Notes: generated by a model not told the origin, from the letters alone. A DNA stretch of 64,000 nucleotides from an uncultured Candidatus Saccharibacteria bacterium (GCA_964450605.1 CAYVEK010000003.1:32778-96777), one strand, 5' to 3'; positions 1-10,026 are shown, counted from the first letter of the stretch. A program made the numbers and translations.

Positions 1-543
1 TGCGCAATTACCCGGGTAGGTGTAATTGCCGCAATTGCCACATACTGGGCAATGACAAGCATCTCGCTCCCACCGGATATACTTATCCGGTTCTTTGAGC
101 ACTTTTGACCTTTCCCACTTGAAAAAATCTTTCAGCCGCGGCCTGTTGTTGTAACTGCCATTACAGTAGTCACATGTCTCTTGCCGAACAGGAGGAAGGG
201 TGGCTTGAGATTCGAGCTCTGAGCCTTGGATGACTCTGTACTCACCTTGGCCACTCAAGGCTGTGGCCCAATCCTCTTCTGCCGGCAATTTACCAGGCAG
301 AAGACTGACGCGTCTTTTGCCAACAGACAGAAAAAATCCGCCAGGGTCAACCACACCTGTAGCGCGGTCATATCTCACCAAACCCCACCCAGCCAACGCA
401 ACCGCCCCCCCAAACAACTTCCCCCAAAACGAGGGTTGTTTGGGAATATTTCCAAACCCCAACCTTCTGAGATCGTTCACGTCTGTAGGTTGGGGCTCAA
501 CTGCCACCATACGATCTTGAAGAAACTGCTCATACTGGATCAT
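1..543 (-). CDS. Hypothetical Cys-rich protein, partial: the start codon is the reverse complement of 541-543 and the ORF runs off the left edge.
   Basis: Manual reverse-complement translation gives a continuous ORF: MIQYEQFLQDRMVAVEPQPTDVNDLRRLGFGNIPKQPSFWGGAVALAGWGLV...ETCDYCNGSYNN...CHCPVCGNCGNYTYPGNCA. It is absent from the ORF track because its stop lies outside the window. The region is visibly GC-richer than the rest of the window. Confidence 0.4.
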   Translation of the reverse strand, partial: MIQYEQFLQDRMVAVEPQPTDVNDLRRLGFGNIPKQPSFWGKLFGGAVALAGWGLVRYDRATGVVDPGGFFLSVGKRRVSLLPGKLPAEEDWATALSGQGEYRVIQGSELESQATLPPVRQETCDYCNGSYNNRPRLKDFFKWERSKVLKEPDKYIRWERDACHCPVCGNCGNYTYPGNCA

Positions 544-650
544 ATCTTCTTTTTCTCTTATTTTCTCGACGCAGAAAAAAACGTCATATCAGGTTCTATC
601 GGATTATTTGTTGGTTAACCGATGTATTTATATACGGAACTTGAAACGTA

Positions 651-707
651 TTTGCTAAATAGCTTTAAATACACAAACTGTGTATATACTTAAGGCTATT
701 TAGCAAA
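651..707. repeat. Perfect 13-bp inverted repeat, tttgctaaatagc (651-663) / gctatttagcaaa (695-707), with a nested acaca..tgtgt palindrome in the spacer.
   Basis: Read directly from the sequence. It lies between the two minus-strand ORFs of the GC-rich island. No T-tract follows on either strand, so it is not a canonical rho-independent terminator. Confidence 0.5.
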
Positions 708-821
708 ATTTTCAATGTACTTTATACTTTCGTCCTTTTGGACTCATCAGTCAGGATACACATCCTGAGAGTATAAGGGCAGATGTTACTCTGCCCCGAG
801 GGATTTGAACCCTCTACCAGT

Positions 822-1199
822 TTAGTACTGGTGGACTTCGCGGAAGCCGCGAAAGACGAATATCGCCTCTTTTTTGACCGTACCGTCCGGCTGGGGGGTC
901 TCTTTTACCTCCCGCGGCGTCACGGACTCGATGACCGCACAACCACGGCGACGGGCCTCTGCTTTGAGAGCATCGACCAGCTGGGGCTGGCCCATTGGGT
1001 GAACAGCGTCTCCGGCGGTGAACGTCTCGCCAATATTCCTGGCTCTTTCCAGGAACCAGTCCCGGCCGAGGTCAACCTGGTCAGGGACCACGAAGGCCTT
1101 CTTGTCGGCCCATTCAACAGGCTCGTAGCCGGCCTCACGGGCGGCGTTGAGCTGATCAGCGGTGGCGGCATGAGACATGATGAAATGAAGTTTCTTCAT
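822..1199 (-). CDS. Hypothetical 125-aa protein in the GC-rich island.
   Basis: ORF MKKLHFIMSHAATADQLNAAREAGYEPVEW..., with markedly higher GC than the surrounding genome. A 152-aa ORF on the opposite strand (783-1241) overlaps it; the minus-strand reading is preferred because its sequence looks protein-like and starts MKK. Confidence 0.4.
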   Translation of the reverse strand: MKKLHFIMSHAATADQLNAAREAGYEPVEWADKKAFVVPDQVDLGRDWFLERARNIGETFTAGDAVHPMGQPQLVDALKAEARRRGCAVIESVTPREVKETPQPDGTVKKEAIFVFRGFREVHQY

Positions 1200-1305
1200 A
1201 GGGCGGGTTCCACTATCTATTCGTCAACTTATACTTTCTGAACACGATGAGCGTGATCAATCCTGCTATTTAGGACCTCTGCTGAGAAAAATATAAATCA
1301 AGTTT

Positions 1306-1361
1306 CGATTAGTGGAATATATCTATTAAATACCGCCTTAACGGACATATTCCACTAATCG
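1306..1361. promoter_or_regulatory. Perfect 15-bp inverted repeat, cgattagtggaatat (1306-1320) / atattccactaatcg (1347-1361), with a 26-bp spacer. Candidate operator in a divergent promoter region.
   Basis: Read directly from the sequence. It sits about 195 bp upstream of the TrmB-family regulator gene and about 107 bp upstream of the minus-strand ORF start at 1199. Confidence 0.45.
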
Positions 1362-1556
1362 TTTTCAAGGTTCTATGGTTGCTCTGTATACACCATGTAA
1401 CAGTTCAACATGTATGTAGTATAGCATATAGAGTATATATGTCAAGTATATACACTATATAACCCTTTATTTATAAGGATTATTTTACAATAATTTGACA
1501 ATTACCAAAATAAGCCTTAATATAAGGCTATTAGTGTTATATAACAAAAACAATAT

Positions 1557-2315
1557 ATGGATATAAAAATACTACAAAACATAGGTTTAACCGAAGAACA
1601 GGCAAAAGTGTACCTTTGTCTAATATCTTCTGGGACATTACCCGCCCGTAAGATAGCCGTAAATACAGGTATAAACCGGAGCTTGGTATACAAAATATTA
1701 AAGCAATTAATAGAGCAGGAGCTGATTACTGAAACAGAAAACAAGAGATCTGTGAGCACATTCACAGCACTCCACCCTTCAAAGTTACATCGTTTATTAA
1801 AAAAGAAAGAGGACGATTTAAAATTAGCTGATCAATCCTATGAGGAAGCGCTTAGCACTCTAACAACTCATTACAATCTAGTCTGCGGAAAACCATCTAT
1901 ACGTTTCTATGAAGGTTTAGATGGTATAAAAATGATGTATAAGGATATACTTAGAACCGGAACAAATATAGACATAATCCGATCACAACTAAATGAAAAC
2001 AGCCCTGAGTTTCAGTCATTGATACAGAGTCAAATAAAACTGCAAGCAGCCAAAGGCATACGTGTGAGAGCTATAGTTCCTCACGATTTACCTTATGATG
2101 ACAAAATTCTAGAGAATGACAGGAAGCACGGTATTGTTCGAAAACGTGTCCCCTCTGAAGACTTGAATTTACCAGCGCTTGTCATTGTATATGGAAACAA
2201 AGTATCTATGACAGCATTTGGCGACTGCATTATTACAACTGTTATTGAAGATAAAACAATCGCTGATACATACCGGATTATTTTTGAAAGATTGTGGAAG
2301 ACTGCTCAGATTTAG
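1557..2315 (+). CDS. TrmB-family transcriptional regulator.
   Basis: The N-terminus, LTEEQAKVYLCLISSGTLPARKIAVNTGINRSLVYKILKQLIEQELI, is the typical TrmB winged helix-turn-helix. The length (252 aa) and C-terminal effector-domain layout also fit. Confidence 0.75.
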   Translation: MDIKILQNIGLTEEQAKVYLCLISSGTLPARKIAVNTGINRSLVYKILKQLIEQELITETENKRSVSTFTALHPSKLHRLLKKKEDDLKLADQSYEEALSTLTTHYNLVCGKPSIRFYEGLDGIKMMYKDILRTGTNIDIIRSQLNENSPEFQSLIQSQIKLQAAKGIRVRAIVPHDLPYDDKILENDRKHGIVRKRVPSEDLNLPALVIVYGNKVSMTAFGDCIITTVIEDKTIADTYRIIFERLWKTAQI

Positions 2316-2353
2316 AGTGACGATGTTTAAAACATAACTTTATACGCATAATT

Positions 2354-3169
2354 ATGCCTCGGTTAATTCAAAAAAAATTTTATACCATTAGACATTTTGA
2401 AGATGCAAACACTTTGCGTTCATCAGGGTTTGACGCCCCGCTTATAGAAAACAACCAAAAATTAATAGACTCTATACAGAAGTACTTTATAGTTGAAGTT
2501 CAGAAACAAGGTATGAAGTGTATACGACTGTACACGCCCGACAAGAAACGTACACTCCAAACGAGTAAGTTACTCAAGTGCGCATTTGAAGATAAACATA
2601 TTATGACGGACATATGTATTGATAATAGACTTGAAAATATCAACCAGGGAATACTGAAACTACCTGAAAAATATAATGATGGAGATCATTTTAGACCACT
2701 TGAGGAAGTTTGGCCAATATTTTGGCACAATACTTTTGAGAAGAAAGATCTACTATACAGGTTTGGAGTTTCTCATAAAGAAAATTTTGTGAAGCTTGGA
2801 AACACATACGCTGAAACAGTAGAAGGTTATTACAATTTTTTGATCTCCTTTTTAGAGAATATTAATTTACAAGATGACACTCTTCACATAATTATAGGAC
2901 ATTCTATTTGTCTTAATATAATCCTTGAACTTGAATACATAGCGAAAGACATGACAATAAAATCTGATTGCCTAACCATCCCCGAAGGGGACTTGCCTTT
3001 TGTTACCTCGGCGTATTTCCATAAATTAAAGTCAAAATCACTTTTACTTAAGCAAGACTTCGGAGGTATTAGATTGCATGAAGCAAGATATATGTCAAAA
3101 GAATACTTTATACAACTGCTCAAAAGAGAATCTTTGACACTAAGAAAACTTTTACTTGGACACAACTAA
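2354..3169 (+). CDS. Histidine phosphatase (phosphoglycerate mutase-like) family protein, putative.
   Basis: An N-terminal TIRHFEDAN (RH motif) and a later IIGHSICLNIILE (GHS) resemble the two signature His motifs of the family. The call is weak. Confidence 0.4.
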   Translation: MPRLIQKKFYTIRHFEDANTLRSSGFDAPLIENNQKLIDSIQKYFIVEVQKQGMKCIRLYTPDKKRTLQTSKLLKCAFEDKHIMTDICIDNRLENINQGILKLPEKYNDGDHFRPLEEVWPIFWHNTFEKKDLLYRFGVSHKENFVKLGNTYAETVEGYYNFLISFLENINLQDDTLHIIIGHSICLNIILELEYIAKDMTIKSDCLTIPEGDLPFVTSAYFHKLKSKSLLLKQDFGGIRLHEARYMSKEYFIQLLKRESLTLRKLLLGHN

Positions 3170-5509
3170 CGATTCTAATATATCTGCTACAGGTAAAACC
3201 CACCGTAGTGTAGAAACAGAACTTACATCAGCTTCCCAAACCTTCTTATGAATACGGGCAGCAACTTCTAAGGGCAGTCCTGATTCGAGCAGATATTCTC
3301 GAACAGTCTGTGGGTCCAATGCCCCTATATAAGAAGGAGAACTTTGCACACCCTCTGTCTCATCAGTTTTTTCAGTTATACCTCTTGCCAACCTGCCAAA
3401 CACATCATGAGTTCGAATGATCCACTCGGCCAATTTTAATCTCTTCTCATTACACCACTCTGGCGTTACTCTTCTTAAGAGTTTTGCACCAATTCTTTCG
3501 TGGATACCCGGAGTATTTATATTAAATAATTTTCCAAGATCGTGAGCAAACATGGCCATTCGCATAACCTGCCGAATATCTTTTGCCTCTTCAGCCATAC
3601 CATGTTCAGACAAGAAATCTATCATACTATCAGTCTCTAATAGTCTAGATGATGTTTCTTGATGATACTTTAGAGGCGATCCTAGGTGTGTAACCTTTTG
3701 CTCAGCACCCCCTTTTTCAGCTTTAGGTATAAAATCTTTTGAATCTCTTTTCTCCAGCACTTCCCTCATCTTTTCACTCTTATCGTAATCGATCAGTCCA
3801 ATCAAGTCGCGATCCTTGCCCCCTATGGGGCTTCTACTCCTTCGTTGATTCAATAACCATTCTCGATACGAATCATCATCTAACTCTTTAGAACAATAAT
3901 CAAACCAGCTATGAAAACCTTCAGGATGTGGTACAGCCACACGAGCCTGTTCAGCCAAAACAGTTTCCTCGGTAGAGATCTCTATCTCTACACCTTGCTC
4001 TTTGAGTTCCATCTTCTCTTTGGCAGACCTTATGGACTCGAGTGGTTCTGGGAGAGAGGCACGATTTGGTACCGGAGGTGCTGATGGTTCTTTTTCTGTA
4101 GTATTATAAAATCCAGCAACTTGATGCATATATCCAATCTCGGTATCAGTAATATGTTCAGAGTTCCAATGTAGGGTGGTAACCTGTGCACCACTTTCTT
4201 TTTCTGCTCGGGCAACTTCTTGAGCAATGGCTAACCAACCAGTACAAAAAGTTCCCATTTCTGGTTTTTTAAAAGGTACAGGGATATAAGGACCATACAC
4301 GTTTTCATAATATTCTTTTAATACACCGACAATCTTAAGCCCAGGATACTCTTGGGTGGTCTTACGAGCTCTTTTTACAGCTCGATCGATAAATCCCTCT
4401 TTCTTTCCATCAGGAATCTTATCAAGCAAGGATTCATCAAGGCGGATGATGCCGTTCCGCAAATCTTTTTCCACATCTGGGTTCATTAATATTTTCAATT
4501 TTCCGTTCTCAGATTTAACTCCCGCTTTTCTAAAAGTCAGAGGAAATGTTTGCATTGCCTCTTCTAAGTTCTGACTTTCAATTCCGTAAAAACTTCGAGT
4601 ATCATTCATCCTATCATCGACAGACCAGCGAGTATTTGGAGATATTTGCCGTAGTTTATTTAATACGGGTAAAATATGTTCTGCCTTGCCAACATGTACA
4701 TCCTTATCCATAGACAACATATGTGCCCCGTATATTCCATTCCAAAATGGGCGGTAGAGCAAACCGGCACCAGGCCATATATTCACATCTGTTAAACCCT
4801 CTTTCTTCAGTTCTTGTTCTGCCTGGTCAACCATCTGTAAAATATCATTTTCCCATTTCATAGATTCAAAGCTTTTACCAAAATGTTCACGTATTGCCAA
4901 AGTAATATCTTCTTTAGTTTGTAATGCATCTAGTTCTAATACCGGCAAACCGAGTGATTGCGCCTCTTGTATCGCCTCCATATCCATCGCAATAGCACGC
5001 TTAATCTTGCCGTGCATCTTAGCCTCCGTATCAGCACTAACAGGTTTACCCTTTCGTAATTCACGTATCAACTGTCTATCAAATGAAAGCTCTTCTGCCC
5101 TATCTGGCGGAAATGATAAATTCAATATTTCGACACCAATACCTCTTTCATCACAATATCTTACCAAGAAATCAAGCTGATCTTTGGACCGAGGAAATCC
5201 ATCTAGGATGGCGTATGACTGACCCTTAGCAAACTCTTGACTAGCTTTTTTCAAAAAACCTTCTTCCAAACCTTCGATGAGTTCACCTTTAGATCGAGCA
5301 GAATCTCTCTTAAGTAACACCTCTTCATCTCCGGACTCTCTTGCAAATGTTCCGACATGAAAAGATTCGGCTCCTAGCATACCTTGTAGGTGCGCAATCT
5401 GTGTAGACTTACCAGCCCCGGGCATACCCAGCACACAAACAAATCTCTTTGATCGTGTCAGATGTTCTTCTCTTGTTTCTAGCGAGTTTTCTTTCTTTAA
5501 TTTTTCCAT
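3152..5509 (-). CDS. Multidomain protein: N-terminal adenylate-kinase-like NMP kinase, an unknown central region of about 400 aa, and a C-terminal HD phosphohydrolase domain.
   Basis: P-loop GMPGAGKSTQ and an ILDGFPRSKDQLDFL lid/NMP-binding motif (compare Adk GAPGAGKGTQ / LLDGFPRT). C-terminal H..HD signature: MAMFAHDLGKLF ... IIRTHDVFGR. Confidence 0.8.
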   Translation of the reverse strand: MEKLKKENSLETREEHLTRSKRFVCVLGMPGAGKSTQIAHLQGMLGAESFHVGTFARESGDEEVLLKRDSARSKGELIEGLEEGFLKKASQEFAKGQSYAILDGFPRSKDQLDFLVRYCDERGIGVEILNLSFPPDRAEELSFDRQLIRELRKGKPVSADTEAKMHGKIKRAIAMDMEAIQEAQSLGLPVLELDALQTKEDITLAIREHFGKSFESMKWENDILQMVDQAEQELKKEGLTDVNIWPGAGLLYRPFWNGIYGAHMLSMDKDVHVGKAEHILPVLNKLRQISPNTRWSVDDRMNDTRSFYGIESQNLEEAMQTFPLTFRKAGVKSENGKLKILMNPDVEKDLRNGIIRLDESLLDKIPDGKKEGFIDRAVKRARKTTQEYPGLKIVGVLKEYYENVYGPYIPVPFKKPEMGTFCTGWLAIAQEVARAEKESGAQVTTLHWNSEHITDTEIGYMHQVAGFYNTTEKEPSAPPVPNRASLPEPLESIRSAKEKMELKEQGVEIEISTEETVLAEQARVAVPHPEGFHSWFDYCSKELDDDSYREWLLNQRRSRSPIGGKDRDLIGLIDYDKSEKMREVLEKRDSKDFIPKAEKGGAEQKVTHLGSPLKYHQETSSRLLETDSMIDFLSEHGMAEEAKDIRQVMRMAMFAHDLGKLFNINTPGIHERIGAKLLRRVTPEWCNEKRLKLAEWIIRTHDVFGRLARGITEKTDETEGVQSSPSYIGALDPQTVREYLLESGLPLEVAARIHKKVWEADVSSVSTLRWVLPVADILESLVVSK

Positions 5510-5655
5510 AAAATATTTGTAAGCTTTTTAATCATTATAGCTGAAATGAGTAAATTCAACTATTATTTAACCTGTATATAATATATGACAATTTTTTTAT
5601 ATACTGACCAGCTAAAATATATTTGTTTTAAAATTGAAACAATTTAAAGTAAAAA

Positions 5656-5696
5656 GAAAACCCCCACCATCTCTGGCAGGGGGTTTTCTTTTTTTA
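5656..5696 (-). terminator. Rho-independent terminator, bidirectional, downstream of rpsT.
   Basis: aaaaccccc-accatctctggca-gggggtttt hairpin flanked by an A-tract and a T-tract, immediately 3' of the rpsT stop. Confidence 0.7.
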
Positions 5697-5699
5697 AAA

Positions 5700-5969
5700 C
5701 TACTTAGTAGCAGCCTTCTTTATAAGCGCATTCAATCGAGATTTCTTTCGAGAGGCAGCACCATCTTTGATAGTGTTTGCTTTTGCAGCTTTGTCATAAG
5801 CTTTGTAGGCCTGTGGTAGAAGTGCGTTAGCTTCTTTTACCTTACCTTCCTTAACAAGCTTTTTGATAGACTTTGCTACATTTTCGATAGTTTTCTTTCG
5901 TCGTAGGTTGTAAACTTTTTTTCGTTCACCTGCTCGAAGAGCTTTTTTTGCTGATGATGTTATTGGCAT
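5700..5969 (-). CDS. rpsT: 30S ribosomal protein S20.
   Basis: MPITSSAKKALRAGERKKVYNLRRKK... is S20-like: basic, 89 aa, with a SAKKA-RQ-type N-terminus. Confidence 0.85.
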   Translation of the reverse strand: MPITSSAKKALRAGERKKVYNLRRKKTIENVAKSIKKLVKEGKVKEANALLPQAYKAYDKAAKANTIKDGAASRKKSRLNALIKKAATK

Positions 5970-5992
5970 ATGTTTTTCTTACTATATATTAA

Positions 5993-8140
5993 TTATTTTC
6001 GTGCGTCAACGATAGTTTTCTCTACGTTTGGTGGTACAGCTTCGTATTTAGCGAATTCCATAGTATTTGATCCTCGTCCTTCTGTCATAGATCGTAGCTG
6101 TGTTGTATAACCAAACATTTCTGATAGAGGTACCATGGCTCGAATAACTTTGTTAAGTCCTCGATCTTCCATACCCTCGATCTGACCTCGTTTAGCTGAA
6201 AGTGAACCAGTAACGTCACCCATGAACTTCTCAGGAACAACAACCTCTACTCGCATAATAGGTTCCATAATAACAGGTCGTGCTTTCTTTGCACCCTCCT
6301 GGAATGCTTGTGAAGCGGCGATCTTGTACGCAAGCTCTGATGAGTCCACATCGTGGTATGAACCGTATGTAAGCTCACAAGATACACCTGTAAGTGGAAA
6401 TCCTGCGACAATACCTCGATCCATAGCTTCTTTTACTCCTTTCTGTACAGCTGGAATAAATTCTCCTGGAATAACACCTCCTTTAATAGAATCGATAAAC
6501 TCATACCCAGCTTCTCGATGAACGTTCTTTGGAATCTTTTCACCCTCTGGCCAATCTTCAAGTGGTTTAAGGTTGATTCGTACGTGTCCATACTGTCCTT
6601 TACCTCCAGACTGCTTAACATATTTGTGTTCGATATCATTTACTGCAGCAGTAATTGTTTCTCGGTATGCTACCTGAGGTTGACCTACATTAGCCTCTAC
6701 GTTGAACTCTCGTTTCATTCGATCAATCATGATCTCAAGATGAAGCTCACCCATACCTGCGATAAGTGTCTGTCCTGTTTCTGGGTTTGATGTAACTCGG
6801 AAAGTTGGATCCTCATCCCCTAGTTTCTTAAGAGCGATACCCATTTTCTCCTGATCTGCTTTTGTCTTTGGTTCGATAGATAGAGATACCACAGGCTCAG
6901 CAAATTTGATTGATTCAAGAATGATAGGATTGTTTTCATCACAGAATGTGTGTGATGTAAGAGCTTCTTTAAGTCCTACGGCAGCAGCAATCTCTCCTGC
7001 AAATACTTTCTTAACTTCTTCTCGCTTGTTTGCCTGAAGTCGTACGATTCGTCCTAGTCGCTCTTTGTTTCCTGTTGTTGAGTTGTAAATATATGAACCA
7101 GCTTCGATAGTTCCTGAATACACTCGGAAGAATGTAAGCTGTCCTACGAATGGATCGTTCTGTAGTTTAAACGCAAGAGCTGAAAACGGCTCTGTATCAG
7201 ATGACTTTCGCTCCATCTCTTCTCCTGTATCTGGATTAACTCCTTTTATAGGTGGAACATCAAGTGGTGATGGAAGATATTCGATCACAGCATCAAGAAT
7301 AAGTTGTACTCCTTTGTTTTTCAAAGCTGTACCTGTAAATACTGGGAACAAACTGTTTGAAAGAGTTCCTTTTCGGATAGCGGCTTTAAGATCTTTGATA
7401 TCAAAATCTGTTTTTCCATCTAGATACTCGTTCATCATTTTCTCATCTTGCTCAACAGCTTTTTCAACAAGCTCTGCTCGTCGTTTTGTAGCTTCGTCTA
7501 GGAATTCAGCAGGTATCTCAGACTCAACAATCTTGTTACCCATCTCTCCTTCAAATGTATATGCTTTCATTTTTAGAAGATCAATAACTCCAGCCATCTT
7601 GTCTTCCTCTCCCATAGGGATTTGCATTCGAACAGCATTTTTACTCAATCGGTTTATGATTGATGCAAATGATCGCTCAAAAGAACCTCCTGTTCGGTCT
7701 AGTTTGTTGATGAAACAAATTCGAGGAACGTGATATTTATCAGCTTGTCGCCATACAGTTTCTGACTGAGGCTCTACTCCAGCCACTCCGTCAAATACAG
7801 TAACGGCACCGTCAAGAACTTTTAGTGATCGCTCCACCTCTACAGTAAAGTCTACGTGTCCTGGTGTATCGATAATGTTGAATCGGTGTTTATGTGATGT
7901 ATCTGCTCCCATGTATGTAGGATTCCAGAAACAAGTAATAGCAGCGGCAGTAATAGTAATACCTCGCTCTTTCTCTTGTTCCATCCAGTCAGTTACCGCT
8001 TCACCATCGTGTACCTCACCAATCTTGTGTGACATACCTGTGTAGTAAAGGATTCGTTCTGATGTTGTTGTTTTTCCGGCATCGATGTGAGCAATGATTC
8101 CAAAGTTTCGTGTTCGCTCTAGTGGATAATCTCGTTGCAT
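5993..8140 (-). CDS. fusA: Elongation factor G.
   Basis: [33 protein letters not shown] and a length of 715 aa, located downstream of rpsL-rpsG. Confidence 0.97.
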   Translation of the reverse strand: MQRDYPLERTRNFGIIAHIDAGKTTTSERILYYTGMSHKIGEVHDGEAVTDWMEQEKERGITITAAAITCFWNPTYMGADTSHKHRFNIIDTPGHVDFTVEVERSLKVLDGAVTVFDGVAGVEPQSETVWRQADKYHVPRICFINKLDRTGGSFERSFASIINRLSKNAVRMQIPMGEEDKMAGVIDLLKMKAYTFEGEMGNKIVESEIPAEFLDEATKRRAELVEKAVEQDEKMMNEYLDGKTDFDIKDLKAAIRKGTLSNSLFPVFTGTALKNKGVQLILDAVIEYLPSPLDVPPIKGVNPDTGEEMERKSSDTEPFSALAFKLQNDPFVGQLTFFRVYSGTIEAGSYIYNSTTGNKERLGRIVRLQANKREEVKKVFAGEIAAAVGLKEALTSHTFCDENNPIILESIKFAEPVVSLSIEPKTKADQEKMGIALKKLGDEDPTFRVTSNPETGQTLIAGMGELHLEIMIDRMKREFNVEANVGQPQVAYRETITAAVNDIEHKYVKQSGGKGQYGHVRINLKPLEDWPEGEKIPKNVHREAGYEFIDSIKGGVIPGEFIPAVQKGVKEAMDRGIVAGFPLTGVSCELTYGSYHDVDSSELAYKIAASQAFQEGAKKARPVIMEPIMRVEVVVPEKFMGDVTGSLSAKRGQIEGMEDRGLNKVIRAMVPLSEMFGYTTQLRSMTEGRGSNTMEFAKYEAVPPNVEKTIVDARK

Positions 8141-8298
8141 ATATTATTTTTTAATTTTTTTATTTATTTAATTAAGTTACAAATTTTTTGAGATTTATAA
8201 ACGAGTTTTGTTTATATCGAGGAGTAATTATTTTGATTCATTTGCAGGCGACGCGTTGCTGCAGAAGCCGAAACCGAATCAAAATAATTACGACGATG

Positions 8299-8769
8299 TT
8301 ACCATGCCATATGAGCAAAAGCTTTGTTTGCTTCCGCCATCTTATGTGTATTCTCTCGTTTCTTCATTGCCTCTCCTTCACCCTTAGTTGCAGCCAATAT
8401 CTCGTCTGCAAGTTTTAAGTGCATAGGCTTTCCTTTTTTATTTCGAGCTGAACCGATAATCCATGTCATTGCCAAAAATGTTTTTCGCTCTGGACGGATC
8501 TCGTATGGAACCTGATAGTTTGCTCCTCCCACTCGTCGTGAACGAACCTCTACTTGTGGAGATACAGCTTTAATAGCAGTATCAAAAAGCTCTACAGGAT
8601 TTTCTGTATTTCCTTTTTCTTTAAGAACATCAAGCATATCATATACTAGTTTTCGGGCAGTAACTTTTTTACCATCCCACATAACATAGTTAATGAATTT
8701 ACCCAGTGTGTCTGAACTATACTTTGGGTCTGGACCCGCTGTATTTCGATTTTTTACTTTTCTTCGCAT
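8299..8769 (-). CDS. rpsG: 30S ribosomal protein S7.
   Basis: MRRKVKNRNTAGPDPKYSS... with an S7 C-terminus, at the str-operon position. Confidence 0.95.
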   Translation of the reverse strand: MRRKVKNRNTAGPDPKYSSDTLGKFINYVMWDGKKVTARKLVYDMLDVLKEKGNTENPVELFDTAIKAVSPQVEVRSRRVGGANYQVPYEIRPERKTFLAMTWIIGSARNKKGKPMHLKLADEILAATKGEGEAMKKRENTHKMAEANKAFAHMAW

Positions 8770-8905
8770 GTTTTTAATAAATTAATATTTTTGTAATTTT
8801 GCCACCCGTTTTTAGGTTTATTCCTGGAATGCTCCAGTACTCCGGACACGTGGACTTTTGTCTCTATATTTTACGAACCGTTCAAAGTTCTAATTAAGAA
8901 TGATT

Positions 8906-9331
8906 TTATTTCTTTGCAGCACCAGCCTTAGGTCGTTTAGCACCGTATGCAGATCGCTCTTTTCGTCGCCTATCTACTCCAGCACAGTCTAGTTTACCTC
9001 GGATGATTGTATATCGGATACCAAGGTCTTTTACACGACCACCTCGGATAAGAACTACTGAGTGTTCCTGTAGGTTGTGTCCCTCTCCAGGAATATAGGC
9101 AGTAACCTCTTGACCATTTGTAAGTCGAACTCGGGCTATCTTTCGAACAGCTGAGTTAGGTTTTTTAGGTGTTTTTGTTGTTACCTTTGTACACACACCT
9201 CGTTTTAGAGGTGAGTTGTAAAAGATAGGTCGGTTCTGAAGTGTGTTAAAACCTCGAGTAAGCGTAATAGCTTTACTCTTTCTTTTTGCCTTTGAACGAT
9301 TTCGTTTTACCAATTGATTTAATGTAGGCAT
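8906..9331 (-). CDS. rpsL: 30S ribosomal protein S12.
   Basis: [12 protein letters not shown]...[18 protein letters not shown]...[14 protein letters not shown]. Confidence 0.95.
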   Translation of the reverse strand: MPTLNQLVKRNRSKAKRKSKAITLTRGFNTLQNRPIFYNSPLKRGVCTKVTTKTPKKPNSAVRKIARVRLTNGQEVTAYIPGEGHNLQEHSVVLIRGGRVKDLGIRYTIIRGKLDCAGVDRRRKERSAYGAKRPKAGAAKK

Positions 9332-9474
9332 GAGGGCTAATTTACTATATTTTTAAAGGTTTTGCAAGGGTTTTGACAACCTTACCCAAGCAAAATACCC
9401 AAAAATTTAACGACTGCCGGAGATATGACCTGCCACATCAGTAAGACCACCACAAGGCCGACCAAAAAACCTTT

Positions 9475-10026
9475 TTACTCCATCCAACGTCTAAATCCAT
9501 AAAACCTTTGTGGTATAAGGCTAAAAAGTATCTTTGATCCATCGAGTGGGGGTATAGGCATCAGGTTAAATAGAGCCAAAACGACGTTTATAACGACCGC
9601 TATGGCACAGAAACTGACCATAAATTCACCAATAGTCACTGTTTTAAGGATAGTCAGAAATACGGCAGCTATTATAATGTTTGTCAAAGGACCTGCTGCT
9701 GCCACGAAAGCTTCCCCAAAACGTTGATTTTTAAAGTTATATGGGTTTATTGGTACCGGTTTTGCCCAACCAAACATGATAGGACTACCACTTAAAGTGA
9801 ACAAAATAGGTAAAAATACAGAGCCTATAGGGTCTATATGAGGAATAGGGTTCAAGGTCAGCCGTCCTGCGTCTTTGGCAGTAGGGTCACCTTGCCATAA
9901 AGCAGCGATGCCGTGTGCAACCTCATGAGCAATAATAGATACTATAAGTATAAGTAGTCCTGTAAGTGTCATGGGGTCAGTATAGCATTTGCCAGAGCAA
10001 AAAATCCATGCTAATATGACTCCCAT
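9475..10026 (-). CDS. Site-2 protease family (peptidase M50) membrane metalloprotease.
   Basis: HEVAHG (HExxH) within a TM helix and a downstream NLMPIPPLDG motif. The true start is probably the internal Met at 9972 (MTLTGLLILIV...), which would avoid overlap with rpmB. Confidence 0.75.
   Translation of the reverse strand: MGVILAWIFCSGKCYTDPMTLTGLLILIVSIIAHEVAHGIAALWQGDPTAKDAGRLTLNPIPHIDPIGSVFLPILFTLSGSPIMFGWAKPVPINPYNFKNQRFGEAFVAAAGPLTNIIIAAVFLTILKTVTIGEFMVSFCAIAVVINVVLALFNLMPIPPLDGSKILFSLIPQRFYGFRRWME

Noticed and set aside
226-618. Plus-strand ORFs 226-618 and 230-520 in the GC-rich left edge.
   Set aside because: Their translations are low-complexity and not protein-like (P/Q/R-rich). 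The opposite strand carries a longer, coherent ORF running off the window edge (1-543, minus) with a sensible start and Cys motifs. GC-rich DNA commonly produces spurious antisense ORFs.
783-1241. Plus-strand 152-aa ORF overlapping the minus-strand 822-1199 ORF.
   Set aside because: It is an exact antisense overlap. The minus-strand product (MKKLHFIM...) looks more protein-like and is co-oriented with its neighbour, so the plus-strand ORF is treated as an antisense artefact. Uncertainty remains.
9332-9474. Candidate rpsL promoter TTGCAA-17-TAAATT on the minus strand.
   Set aside because: The -10 element would lie only about 7 nt from the ATG, leaving no room for a leader or RBS. It is not reported as a feature.
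9989-10024. The 5' extension of the rpmB ORF (MPEQKIHANMTP...).
   Set aside because: L28 homology begins exactly at the third Met (MSKVCAITKRG...). The extension would overlap the convergent S2P protease gene.
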